Shown here: piece after piece, positions 27,101 through 39,800 of the stretch | How positions within the stretch are numbered: the stretch's first letter is position 1 | Layout: every line of letters begins with the position of its first letter | Origin: Tubiluchus corallicola | Taxonomy: Eukaryota > Animalia > Priapulida | Assembly (NCBI GenBank): GCA_030141605.1 | Contig: JAQGDQ010000242.1 | Coordinates: 186,001-250,000 of the forward strand | Direction: 5' to 3' | Length of the DNA stretch: 64,000 bases | Notes under the pieces: generated by a model | What the model was told of the DNA's origin: nothing | Seen by the model: the letters and a program-made list of their open reading frames with translations, nothing else | Database searches by the model: none | Position numbers and translations under genes: made by a program

Positions 27101-30100
27101 TAGAGAAACTGTTATCTGTTCTGTAGTAATGGTACGTTTGTTATTTGCAAATATTTTTGGTGTAATTTTTTTTGGTTGGTCCAACAAACTCCATTTCAAG
27201 ACTGCTCAAATTTGACAGACAAATATGCTAAGCATCAATTAGTGTACGCCACAATCCACGTCATTCAAAGTAGCATCTTCTTCTGCACACACGCACGCTT
27301 GTAATCGACACGAAGTCTCATTGATAAAACTAAATATAGCAGCAGCCTCAAGAAGCTTTCTGGTGAATTTCTAGAAAATAACAGCCACTCTAATAATAAG
27401 ACGTAATAATCCATTTTGCTCTCTCTTGCTATAATAACGCGGCAAAATTAATGTTCATTCAACGACTTTAACCTTTCACGCAACACGCACAAAACGTATT
27501 AAAAAGTTATACCGTGTGCAACCTTACTAGCAAACAAACAATCTATATCGAATACACCTTTTACAAAGAAAACGCGACGTTTTTACAAGTTTTCTTTGCG
27601 TTACAATATGAGTAAATTTTGAAGAAAAAAATCGCCAGAAACAAAGACCAATGGTCAGTTGAGGTAAGAAGTTTGAAAAAAACATGTTCAGCAGTCAGCA
27701 GGTCTTGGTGATAGCTGACAGGAGGTGTAAATTGATGTTCTTGCTGTTGCAGCAGAATAACATAACAAAATTCCACAGGCTAGAGGTCCGAAGAAAAAAA
27801 ACTGGATTTATAAGCAACTATTCTGCATGTAAATCTAAGATAAAAACCCGAAGAGCAGCAATAAAAAGGAGTAAGCTAGGTAAACTGTTCCGGCGTTTAG
27901 TAAGTTACCAATGGCAAGAGGGTGCTATGAGAGCATTTTCCGGTAAAAGAGGCTGTGATGTACAGATTTTTCCAGCTAGCAGGTTTCACAAACTGTTTTT
28001 TATTACAAAATATTACAACCAAAACCAAGTAAAAATGCATAAATATATTCCTGCATTAGAATTTGCTTACCGATATTCTGTTGCTTATGAAACTTTATAG
28101 ACGAAAAATCTCCAACATTTATAAAACATTCTTTAGAATCGATACGTTGCTAGGACATGCGACTATAATTAATTTAAACTGCTACAGCTACTAATTATTC
28201 AAAATGCAAGCGGAACAGGAATTTCAGAAAATCATTTGCAGTGTTCAATCACAACGTTAGTAACACTTAACAAAAGCGTGATCATCCCAAGTGCTAACTC
28301 GCATTGATGAAACTAATTAACGCGTTAACCGAGATGTGATTACGTTAATCACGTAACCGCTCATGTGATGAATTGATGCAGCAATACAGTGAAACAGTTG
28401 ACCTGTATGTGTCACTAGGCTAAGCCAGTGTTTGTGTGAGACAAAGACTCGAATACGGCAACGTGTTCACTTCGTCTCTCCAAATCTAATAAATATCGTT
28501 GACGAAATCATAAAGCGAAATGAATTTTCGAAAAACATGCTCAAGCCAGTAACTCGTGGTCACTCTGAGATGGACTTATGGACCTTCCAGCCAGCTAATT
28601 TTTCCAGCAAATTTGTCCTCCGTAAAGAAAGTTAAAAATTATTTTCAAAAAAAAGTTAATGTCAAACGTAAAAAACAAGCAAGAATGGTGAATCAGTGCC
28701 CGTTTAAATATCTGTTTCCTTTTTAAATAATTATAAAAACTTTACATCTGTATAAAGAGAAGCACCAATCGCCCGAAGCGCACAGGTTGTCTTCAAGAAT
28801 AATTCCTAGAAGTTGAAAGGGCAGAGACCGTATTAATTGAAGAAAATGTGGACTGTTGGGCTCCCAGACTAATGAATTTAAAGGATCTTTAGATGAAAAG
28901 TCCATTCAAGTGATTTGACTGAGTTATCTTTAAGCGGCTACAAATATCACATAAATCAGACTACTACGGACAAAAAGGCCCAGAAATAGCCAGTGCCCGG
29001 CGTTAGTGCATCAAATCCCAATGCTGTATACTCAATCAAGTCTCGGTGCGCATTGCACATCTATAAACGAATGGAGAAGCAGCACAAAATTGTTAGCATA
29101 TAACGCACGTAGTCGTACACAATGCTCTGACACAAATGTCACAAATCCAATTTCAGAAGATAAAAAACACGAGATTCTTTCATTTCTTTGCATAACAGTT
29201 AAGTCTGACCTAGTTCCACAATGTACGATTTCCTTTCACTCTTGGAAAAATAAACAGTTCAACAAAAGACAGCTAAAAGAAGACTCATTGAAAACAGCAC
29301 TACAAATAAAAACTTCAAAAAGCAAATTTATCTAATCTGCATAGCAAGACCTAGAGCAAGACGTACAGTTGAAGGAGTGGTACAAATACCGAGCTCTACA
29401 ATCATCTATAATAACTGTCCCACGCTTTCTAACAGTTACACCTGTGAGATGATTTTGAATGCGCTCGTTTATGCATGAACGGAAACACAGTAAAAACAGT
29501 GTGGCACTTTGCAAGTGTTCAAAAGATATATTTGCTTCATAAAATCAATAGTAAAAAACATCGAAGAGTATTTTTTCAAATACACATTCATATTTATTAA
29601 TGCCTAAAATACATACAATAAAAAAACATACAGTTTCAATTTTGAAACATAGCTACACTGCAGTCAAGCAAGCATTTATCGATATTACAAATAAAATCGC
29701 TCCTGTTAATCATGTAAATGAAGAAGTTCAATGATTAGTATCAAAAATACTGTCACTCATGCGGCCTCATCTTCAATCGGTAACGTGCAAGGCAAAAATG
29801 TTTCTTTACCTCAAATGATGTTTCTCGAACTATGATATCCATAAATGTTTTAACAGAGTCCTAACTACTACCACTAATGTGCTGCTAATGCAAGTAAACT
29901 TTACAAAGATGACCAAGTGTCATACTTTCAAGTACTTCAGGCATAAAATGTTACACTTTCATAGCAATCGCCTTCCATACTATTATCCAAAATTGTCTGC
30001 ACAGATTGCACTACAATGCAAAGAGAAAATCTACTAGACAACAATCTGCACTACAGCATATGGTCCTATTAAAGATATAGATCTACAGTACCTTACTAAA

Positions 30101-31409
30101 TGTCTAAATCTATCCACAAAATTTCAAGTTGCCCAGAAGCTATTGCAGTATACATTTACAGCCACTCAATAACAGCAGAACAATTCCTAATAGCCAGGTG
30201 TACCAGATTCTTGCCTAGTTTAAAAACCATTTAAGTCTTGTTCGTGAACTGGTCTAAACTCTCAGTAGCCTATGGGCAGGCTGGATTATCCTGTAGGCTA
30301 GTATAGGCTGCATCCTAGGGCTCCCGAAGTGTTGGTAACAATTGGTAAAATTACTGTTTTTTCACTACGGATTTTGCGAAATATGTGCTAATTTGGTTTG
30401 CAATAAATAGTAAAATTGTGGTATTTCTTAAGGAATACTTTTATTGACAAACAAAAGATAGCTATTCTAGTTTATTTAAAAAAATTGCAATAGGGTTTAT
30501 TTCAAATTATGCAAATGTCGCTAAAATATATCACAAAGGTACTTTCCATAGGTACCTGTCTATAGCGCAGCCCATAAGTACTGTGCCTGTCAATCAAATT
30601 TGAAACAAGCATTCAAAGTCGAGGTTTGCCGATAGAGGTACATAAGCCATAGATTTATCACTTGAAAATTCGATGGGTATTTACTATTTAATCGCTGCAG
30701 AGCTCTTCAACTATTAATCTTACCACTCTTTAAAATGCGAGAAAGGAAAATACCACATAACATTTAAAGTGACAAAATGAAGTTCCACATTCGTGCTTTA
30801 ACAAGGTTTCTTAACAGGATTCAGTTTTTTACAACCCAACTTATTATGGATTACAACCATTTGCACTTTGCACAGCTCTTGTTTAAAGGTTATAAATGAC
30901 CTCAACACAGGAGTTTATTGAGTTCAAGACTGCCCACACGTCCTCAGAATGCCACTAAGTACATGACAGTACAAGTGCTGGACAAATACACACAGAACCG
31001 TGTAAAAGCAATCACGCCATTTGTAAAGGACAAAATTCAATTTACTCCAGATCAACTTGCAATGAGTTTTAGACCACACGCGAATGAAATGTACTTGAGA
31101 AAACATTACTTCGTGTTACCCCAGTACGTTAAAGTAGTAATCATCACCTGACACCGATTATGTTTTCTAATAATTAGCTTAAAATGGTCCGAAATCTCGT
31201 ATAATAAATCCCTGTGGAATTCTCGATAGCATAAATGCTGTAAGAACTTGCCCAGAAGTTTGGAAATACTGGTATTTCCAACATAAAAGTTATAAACCTT
31301 ATTCAATATACGAACATGCTACAAAAATTTAAAATTAGTTTAATGTAACTCATAATGCTAAATATTTTTTTCGCTAAATGATTAACTGCAATGGTCAGAG
31401 AATCATTAT

Positions 31410-31495
31410 ACATTGTACATAATACAGTATAAATGAAAAGGCACTTTACATAATAAAGTATAAATGAAAAGGCATTGTACATAATAAAGTACAAT
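31410..31495. repeat. ~31 bp tandem repeat, about 3 copies
   Basis: CATTGTACATAATAAAGTATAAATGAAAAGG units. Confidence 0.8.
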
Positions 31496-34400
31496 AAAAA
31501 TTATTATGTGCCCCTTTAATTCCACCATAAAGCTAAATATGAGCTAAATCCATGATTTTGATAGAAAATTAAATAAAAGAGTTATTTATCTCACTGTCAA
31601 CATGTACTACCATTTTCTTATCAATTTTCAATTATTAGTTTAGTTAGAGGAATATATGCACAAAAATTGCACATATAACATGGCCTTTTAGCAGACTAAA
31701 ATTATAATCCCATCAGACTGAGAGAAGCGAATATAATCTGTTGCATCATCTACTGGTGTGTAATACTAATATGCGATTACAATACCCCTGAAGGCAATCG
31801 TACATTCAGCACCTTGAAAATTAAATCTACAGACTAACGTGACAACCTCAAGCTGGTTATCTGCTAACATACTAAGAGTAGAGAGTCTAATGATCATCTT
31901 CTGGATCTATACATCTGAGCCAGTGACGAGCTTCCTAATTTCGCAAGCCACTGTCGTCTAGTAGCTATTATGCAGCAAATGCAGTTATAGAAAATTTATC
32001 AGATTTGTGAATAAATGTACTGCTAATACAATACACGGATACAACCATCAAGCTGCTGCGTTTAGAATACAATGCAGCAAGACAGATCTATGCGTAATGC
32101 TGAATAGCTGCAATAGGTTATACATACAGATTACAGAAACTTGCACAATATACTATTTATATTATATATACAACATACTATTTATATAAGTATATGCAGA
32201 ATTAAATTTTAAATTACTATGGATGGCAAAATTGGTTCCCAGGCGATTGCTATTTATCTTATTGCTGCAAGGAAGAATCATAATAATTAAACTGAAATGA
32301 TTAAATAATTACCAATGTTAATATGTCTCAGATAAACCCATCTGGTGTAAAAAGCCCCGGGTTCAATTCTCGTGCTGGAATGTTTGGATTTTATTTGGAT
32401 TTTTCTCGATGAATCTATTAATTAAAATTATTGTAGGCAATAAAGACATTATAATTAATTAATGAAAAAACTAATTACTATATTATAGTATATTACTATA
32501 TTAGTTGTACCAACTTAATTCACTCATGCAGCTCGTGCTCCGTGCAACATTAAGTCTAAGCGTATATTTTGGGTAAATAATTAGATAAAAGTTCGCCTTT
32601 GAATTCGGCTGAATATTAACACGCTGCTGTCTGCCACTCGTACCATTTCTTCTTCATTCAATTCAATTTTGCAGTTATTGTGTGACATAACCAGACATAA
32701 CCCCTAGAAAAGCGCGGATCGTTAAACCATCAAGATATCAGAAAACGCCAGTCACGTGACAAAATCGCATTTAATCTGACGTTGAATGACAAGTTGTAGG
32801 GCATATCAGTCAAAAAAGCGATCACATATCTTCTCTGCCTTTGATGATTTTTGATACTGATAGCGCTCAAATTCTCTCTACCATCAGCTGCGTAGCTCAA
32901 TATCTGTTTTAAATTGCTTTCTTCTCAGTTCTTTGATTACTCACTTTTTGGGATTTAGCGCTTTTAATGCATGTTTGTGTTATGTTGACTTTATAACTTA
33001 AAGCACAAGAAAATACTCTTCACAAACTAAGCTTAATAAATTCGTTTTGAAATTTATTGTATGTGTAAGGCTTGAGTTAGTAGTAACACTGTATAAAACT
33101 TGTATCGCAATGACCATTATGAATAAATGATTGTTTAAAGCAAGATTAGATATAACATAGTATAAAGTTTGAAAAAAATGATGTGGAACACTCATAGCAC
33201 ACTGTTCGCTAATTAAACAAAAGTTTAAATTACTTTATATTGTCAATATGATCAACAATGTGTTTTTGGTGAATCAGTGGTGCACACTAGAATGGCGATG
33301 CAGTGTTATTTTACCAGGTGGCGGAAATATTAGCAGTTATTCAGAATTTTCTTTTCTAGTTACACAAGTCATTTAAACGGGTAAGCGTAACTAATATAAC
33401 TTTCTATGGAACTTCTTAGGGATGTACTTTTAAAATTCCCTTTAAATTCCCTAGCGAACTACACTCTGGTAAGTATGTGACCTCGCATGGACCTCCTCGC
33501 TGTGTGTTGTGGGGAATGACAGCAAGCGGAATGTCATAATTTAAAACGGTTTTGCAAAAATATGATGATTAACCTGTAGAAAAAGTTCAAATCTCTTCCG
33601 TGAAAACTACATGGCAAGCGTGAATGTCTTATTAGCCAAACACTTCAAGATAACGTTGTGAATTTTACACTCGTGAATTCATCAAGAAAGCTTTGGTTCA
33701 CTACGCAGATATTTTGTAACATATTGTACGTATTTTCTTCCAGTCAGATATAAAAAAATTAAACTGAAAAGGGCGTTTCTATACACCACATCACTAAGCC
33801 ACAGTTTTCATTCTACCCTGCATGCAGATTCATAATTCAGAGGTACAAAGATATTACGATTATGACTTCAGAGTTGAGACATCGACCTGAGCAAATCTGA
33901 CACATTTTGTAATGTCCAGTGGGTGTCATTTCTTCTAAGTCCTCAATAATAGTCATTACTCAGTTCTTAAATTTTCACTCCTCTCATCTCACAATATTTT
34001 AGGTTATCAACATTTGACCTTTTCTTCCTTTGACCTTCTTCTTGACCGAGTTCTGGCATTTTGGTATGGCTACGCTTGACTGCTTTTTACTTAGTTATTA
34101 AAGTTTTTATAAGTTACAAATAAATATCCAAACTCAAATACTACCCTACTTGCTATACAATTTAGTCAAAATTAACCTTATGATTGAAAAATTGCCCCTT
34201 TTAAATTTTTTAGGATTGGCGAAGCCAAAGTCTTGAGTTGGTTAGTAGAACGTACGTACTTGAAGTATAATTTAACAACTCTTCTTGAAACACACATGAC
34301 AGACTGTCAAAAGTATCTGGATACTCAGCTACCAAGTACATGTATTTGAGGATGGAGGATTCAGTAGCGGCTAATGTCCGGTTTCTCGCTAAATGCTATC

Positions 34401-35391
34401 TTACAATCGGGTACATACAATATTCTTATCTTCACCATACACATACTTTACGTGTAATAATAATACAGCAAGGCGGTCCAAGGTCTACAAGGCGCATGTT
34501 TGTCAGGTGTACAACGTGACAAACACAAACACACCAGTTAACAGATCAATTCCCCAGCTGTATTAATGCTTTAATCACACAACTTTATACCAGAGAGCAT
34601 AATGCAATGACCCCGCTGTACAGTATTTGTCACTCATACAAATTTTATTAAATTAAAACTGGGTTTACTGAGATTTCCTTGTAAGCTTCTATTCAAATAA
34701 AAACTGATTACAAAAGAAACAGTTTTATGGTAAATTTGTATTGAATATGCTTTTAACGAAATAACTACCAACTGAATTACCAATAATTATAACCACATCG
34801 TTGCCGCGAAATAATTGCAAAACTGTAATAACGAATTGGTACTATACGTATAGTTGGTTAGCTGATAGTTAGTGTACAACTGTAGTCTGTACAAGGAATC
34901 ATACACTATTCTTGTACTTGTAAAAGCTATGTAACGCAGCATGTACTACCAAAACGTAAGCTAATATAAGCACTGAATGTTAGACTTAAACTGCACACGC
35001 TTCACTAGTAATAGGTGTGGCTATAAACATCGCCAGTGAACAACAATTACTGCTTTCTGTACATGTAAACTGTTCTGTACAATATATAGCCTAAATTATT
35101 CTATATATATAGTACAGTCATGCTGTATGTATATAGTACAATGCTGTATGTACAAACAGTCTGTTTGTCATACACACAAAATTTAATTCAAAATTTTCGT
35201 CAGCCTTCTGTGTGTAATGCACTAAACCCGTCAAACAAACTGAACTTAACCCATTTGCTTCAGACTCAAAAGTAGTAGTGAAATTAACATGTTGCATTAG
35301 CTTATGGCCTTAAAAGGTTTTTAAAAAAATTATCTATTTTCTATTTTTGCACCAAAGTTTTTTTAGAAAGTTTACATAACAAATGGCTCAC

Positions 35392-35452
35392 CTTTCTGCC
35401 TCTGGTACTTCAAAGTTGTTGAAGAGGGGCCGGTTTGTTGCAAATCCGCCAT
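35392..35452 (-). CDS. Dys: Candidate alternative first coding exon (proximal) of the dystrophin-like gene
   Basis: aaaaaATGG start context, MADLQQTGPSSTTLKYQRQK + 1 nt, strong AAG|gtgagc donor; phase 1 matches the exon at 22298. Confidence 0.7.
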
Positions 35453-36340
35453 TTTTTGCATTCAGTCAAGCCCTAATCAGAATAGACCTATGATGCTAAT
35501 CCTTGTAAGATATTTTTCCAACAAAAACATGAACGAAAAGCGGTAAACACAACCTGACAGGCGCAAACTTTAAAATTTGATCGTTTATTAATAGCAAGGC
35601 TAAGGAAGAGAAGGCTAACTTAGTAAGCTAGTAGTACCGTGCCAGAACAGATTTAAATCGGCAAAAACAGATATGCTACAAATGTGAAATTAAATCACGT
35701 TTTTTTCACTACCTCCACTAGCTGTCTCGTAACACTACCAGGTTTTGTCGTCAATTCAATAATAATACACGTGTCACACAATTTCCACATTAAATTTTAT
35801 CCTTATTTACTGCACCGAATACCGTATACATGTTTAGTAGACGTGTCTACCGTCTAGAGACCTCGACACAATCTGCGAAAAAAACAGCTTCCAGTAATCA
35901 CAAAATTGCGACTTTCTTACGCACACAGTTAAATCTTACAGAAAAAACAGCTAAATGGAAACACTACACCAAATCAATGGAATGTTTGAAAACTAAAAAT
36001 CATTAAATCATTTTGAAAGCTGCACCTTTCCCAAAGCAACACGTACCGTGTGCATGACGCTGCTGCAGCTACTGTACAATGACGCAGCTAGGGCATTATG
36101 CGGCGGCGTGGCAATGCCTGCTTACCTGGGCGCATTGAAATTCATCCTCACCCGAAGGGGTGTGTCATGCTGATGTGCAGCATGATATCTGTAAGTTAAA
36201 TCCTCCATATAAGGTTCTCTAATAGTAATGGTAAATAGTATAGTAGCTGTTATGTTATTTTATCATAGTAATGTTACTCTGTATTTCAATTTTGGAATTG
36301 ACCTATTGAAATCATTATTAATTTTGTTTTAATTTAACAA

Positions 36341-36872
36341 CTAGCCAAACCCCGCAAAAGAATTTTGCGCACAAACCCATGTCATGCTACACCCACCACA
36401 CCACATCTACCACATCATCCAACCCAAACCACACCACACCACATCACCCACACCATACCACCTACATTACGCCACCAACACCATGCCACAACCAACTCAC
36501 CTGTCACGTCCATCTCAATAACCACACCTACTGCAACAATCACATCATGCCACCCACTCACGCTACACCACCCACACCATACGACTCACATCACACCATG
36601 TCACACTGACCACCCAGACCGCACTACACCACAAGACCACGCCATGCCACCGCTCACACCACTCACACCAAAATACCTATACCACACCACACACACACCA
36701 CATCTTGCCACACACGCCACCCAGACCACACTACACAACAAACACACCACCCACACTACACGATGCCAACCACACCACCACCCGTACCATGCCACACCCA
36801 CCACACCACACCATCCGCAGCACACTTACCCCACCCACTATACCGTGCCACACCAAATCCACCACATCACAC
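36341..36872 (-). mobile_element. Helitron-like element end with ~500 bp degenerate (CACCA)-rich array
   Basis: minus strand CGCAAAA-TTC-TTTTGCG hairpin, GGGTTTGG, CTAG|T; 5' end not fixed. Confidence 0.65.
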
Positions 36873-39800
36873 GGTGATTATGATGATGATCATGATCATG
36901 ATGACGACAACGATGACGACATCTACAGCATCAACACCAACAGCACAGCATCACTGCAATTCAAAACATTTTGCAGAAAGTCGAAACTGTTCTTAATCTG
37001 TCTACCAACAATCAATAATGCACGGACATTCTACAGAATCTTGCTTATTGCTTCTCAGATGATACTAAGCTAACTGAACTTATATCTATAACACTGTAGA
37101 ATGACAGGTGAAGACAACACCCGGAACAGCCGGGTAATTCAAACTCAAAGACAATGGATGTTCTAAATGACGTGCAGCAGGGGGGGTAGAAAAAAGAACT
37201 TCGAGAAACACGCCACCGGCCCTCCCGTTTCGTTCAGTATACATCTCTCCTAGTGAAACCTCCGGTACCTTGTAGAGTCTGTAGACCATTTCGTCCTCTT
37301 TCTGTGAGTGTGCTTATTTTTTCTTAACATGCTTAAACAGTTGCATAAATCGATTTTTTGGAGGCCGTTTGTGCAGTTTCCCGCAAAATTTAGGCGGATG
37401 GGTCCAGGAAAACGTCCGCGGTGGGACACTGTGACCCTCCTGTGAAATCTAAATAGGCCTACTACACCCATCACTGAACCGGCTGTCTAACTGTTACAGC
37501 ACCACCCCCGGACCACTTCCGTTCTCTAGAAATAAGAGGTATAAGTTTTGCTTTTATAGGCCTTTCGCTTGATATATAGATCGCCAAGCATGGTGCCGTC
37601 GTTGGACCTCAATCATATATATATATATATACATATATTTCTAGAGAACGGAAGTGGATATATATATATATATCCAGAAACCACCGAAATCCATATATAG
37701 TAGATAACAATTAACATGTAAGTACGCAAAGAACAAAGAATAATGAATAATTACTGAAACTGCGAGATAACTATTATTTGTCATAGTCTATAGGTATGAT
37801 TCTAACCGAATAATTAGCACTATAATATGTTGTAACAAAATCATTTTTTAATCTTTTATGTAGCTGAAGTAGCAGTGTATTTTTACAAATAAAGTAAAAA
37901 GTATACACACCACCAAATTTGTGAAGCTGATAGCTGACTGTTTATACTCGTGTGGAATTGACCTAGTATCAACATCAAAATAACACTGCTACTTTCTCAT
38001 AATATATTTATTACAGTGACAGAGTAAACGTGACGATATTTTTCTGCATTAAGTTAAAAAGAATTTAAATGGAAAAAAAGAGAAACAGAGTTCTCACGCC
38101 ACAGATGGATTTTGAACTTGTATTTAATTCGGATACTTGTTGAGCAGATTTGCATTCAAAGTACGTACACGCTGTCAATTCGAGGTTCCCAGCAATCTAC
38201 GGGGGGGGGGGGGGCACTTAACGTTTTTTGTTCAACCTGCCTTACAGACACAAATTAATCGAATATCTAACAAGCTGAAAATCACATTGCTAGGTATCAA
38301 CATTTGTATGTAAGCGAATTATCGTCATGAGTTGTATATTCGAGACAAAAAAATGGATTAAATTAATTGAAGGACCGTTAGGGAGATCGAGATTGGCTGT
38401 CTTTAGCAACTTGCTACCAAAAATTTCTATCCTCTTCAAAGCTTGTAACAGATGTGAAATGCTTTGGTATGAATAACTACGAGGTTTTCGTTGTCGCGCA
38501 TATGAATGTTTACTATCGACCCTTGTATGGCATTTTTGCCTATGAATGCCAAACAACTATTAGAAATTCATAAAGTTTCAAGTTCATTTCGTTTCAAAAA
38601 CTGAGATAATTTTGAATCTTTGTAGAGCAATAGCTTAACACTTAAAACGCCACCAGCCGCAAAGTCTGGCAAAGCCATTGAAATATATCCCAGCGTTCCG
38701 TAATTCAGGTTCATCTGGTTGCCAGTGCATGTCACTTAGCCTCCAATGTAAGAACAATCTGCCAAAATTCCAGGTAAATTTTCTGAAGGTTTTCAGAAGT
38801 TGCAGGAGCAACTGGAGAAAATCGCAGGTCAAATCCCCTTTGACGTCTTTTCCTATGGCATTGGGCAGTTTGGCGCATTATACCTTGGACAGCCAATGCC
38901 AATCTTCGCTCTTCTTCATCCACACTGTTGCACTATCACAAATTAAAGGATTTCAAAGAATACTAATCAGTAAATTTTTGAACAGAATACCTGCAGTGGA
39001 CAGTTGGCATATCCATTGGGGTTATACCAGTAACAAGTACATTAATCTCCGTTAACTTTTGGCATCTCGACAAATCAAAACGTAACTCCTTTCATTTTGG
39101 ACAGTTGACAATTTTGACAAACTTGAGCGAAATCAAGTTACCGAAAGCACCTGTATCTATATTCAACAAACTTTGACTGTATCTAATTATAATATAATTT
39201 ACACTTTTGCCAGCACAAAATTTTCTCATTTGCAAGCATAGCATTAGTATTCTCTATTTCAAGTTTAAAGATTTTTATGCCTTCTAAAAAATTCAATGGC
39301 TATGCGTCGTTCTCGTAGTATCTCAGGTAGACAAATGTAATTGCGTTTTCACCAAGTTTATTGCTGTACGCTATAGATTTTATTGCTGTGCGCAGTTCCT
39401 TAAATATATCTTTATTAGTCGCTTTGTCGATACGACCACAACTAATGTGAACCAGACCGTTTTTTTGTTCCTTTTCACAGGTTTCAGTAGAAACTTTGCT
39501 CATACAAGGATCGAATACATCTAATATAATAAAAAATAGCATGCTAAATTTCACAGGGTAGTACTTTGATATCATTTCACTTGAATTGCCACGTGAAGAA
39601 TCGACCTTGTAAGTAAACTAAAAATATTGTCAGAACCACCAAACAAAATGATTAAACACAAAAGTCGCAGGAATTAAAGATGAAACGCATTTACTATTAA
39701 TGGACTCGATTCACTCGAACCACAACTGCTTATTATTTAAAGTCATATTTGCAAAATTATCAGTTAGTCGTAAAATACACCTCAAGTTAGTAAACAATTT

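Noticed and set aside
28071-28130. Strong donor (G|gtaagc) as another dystrophin first exon
   Set aside because: Both nearby ATGs run into stops, and the phase-1 frame has no start codon
36365-37073. His/Thr/Pro-rich ORFs
   Set aside because: Artefacts of the CACCA-rich array; open in several frames
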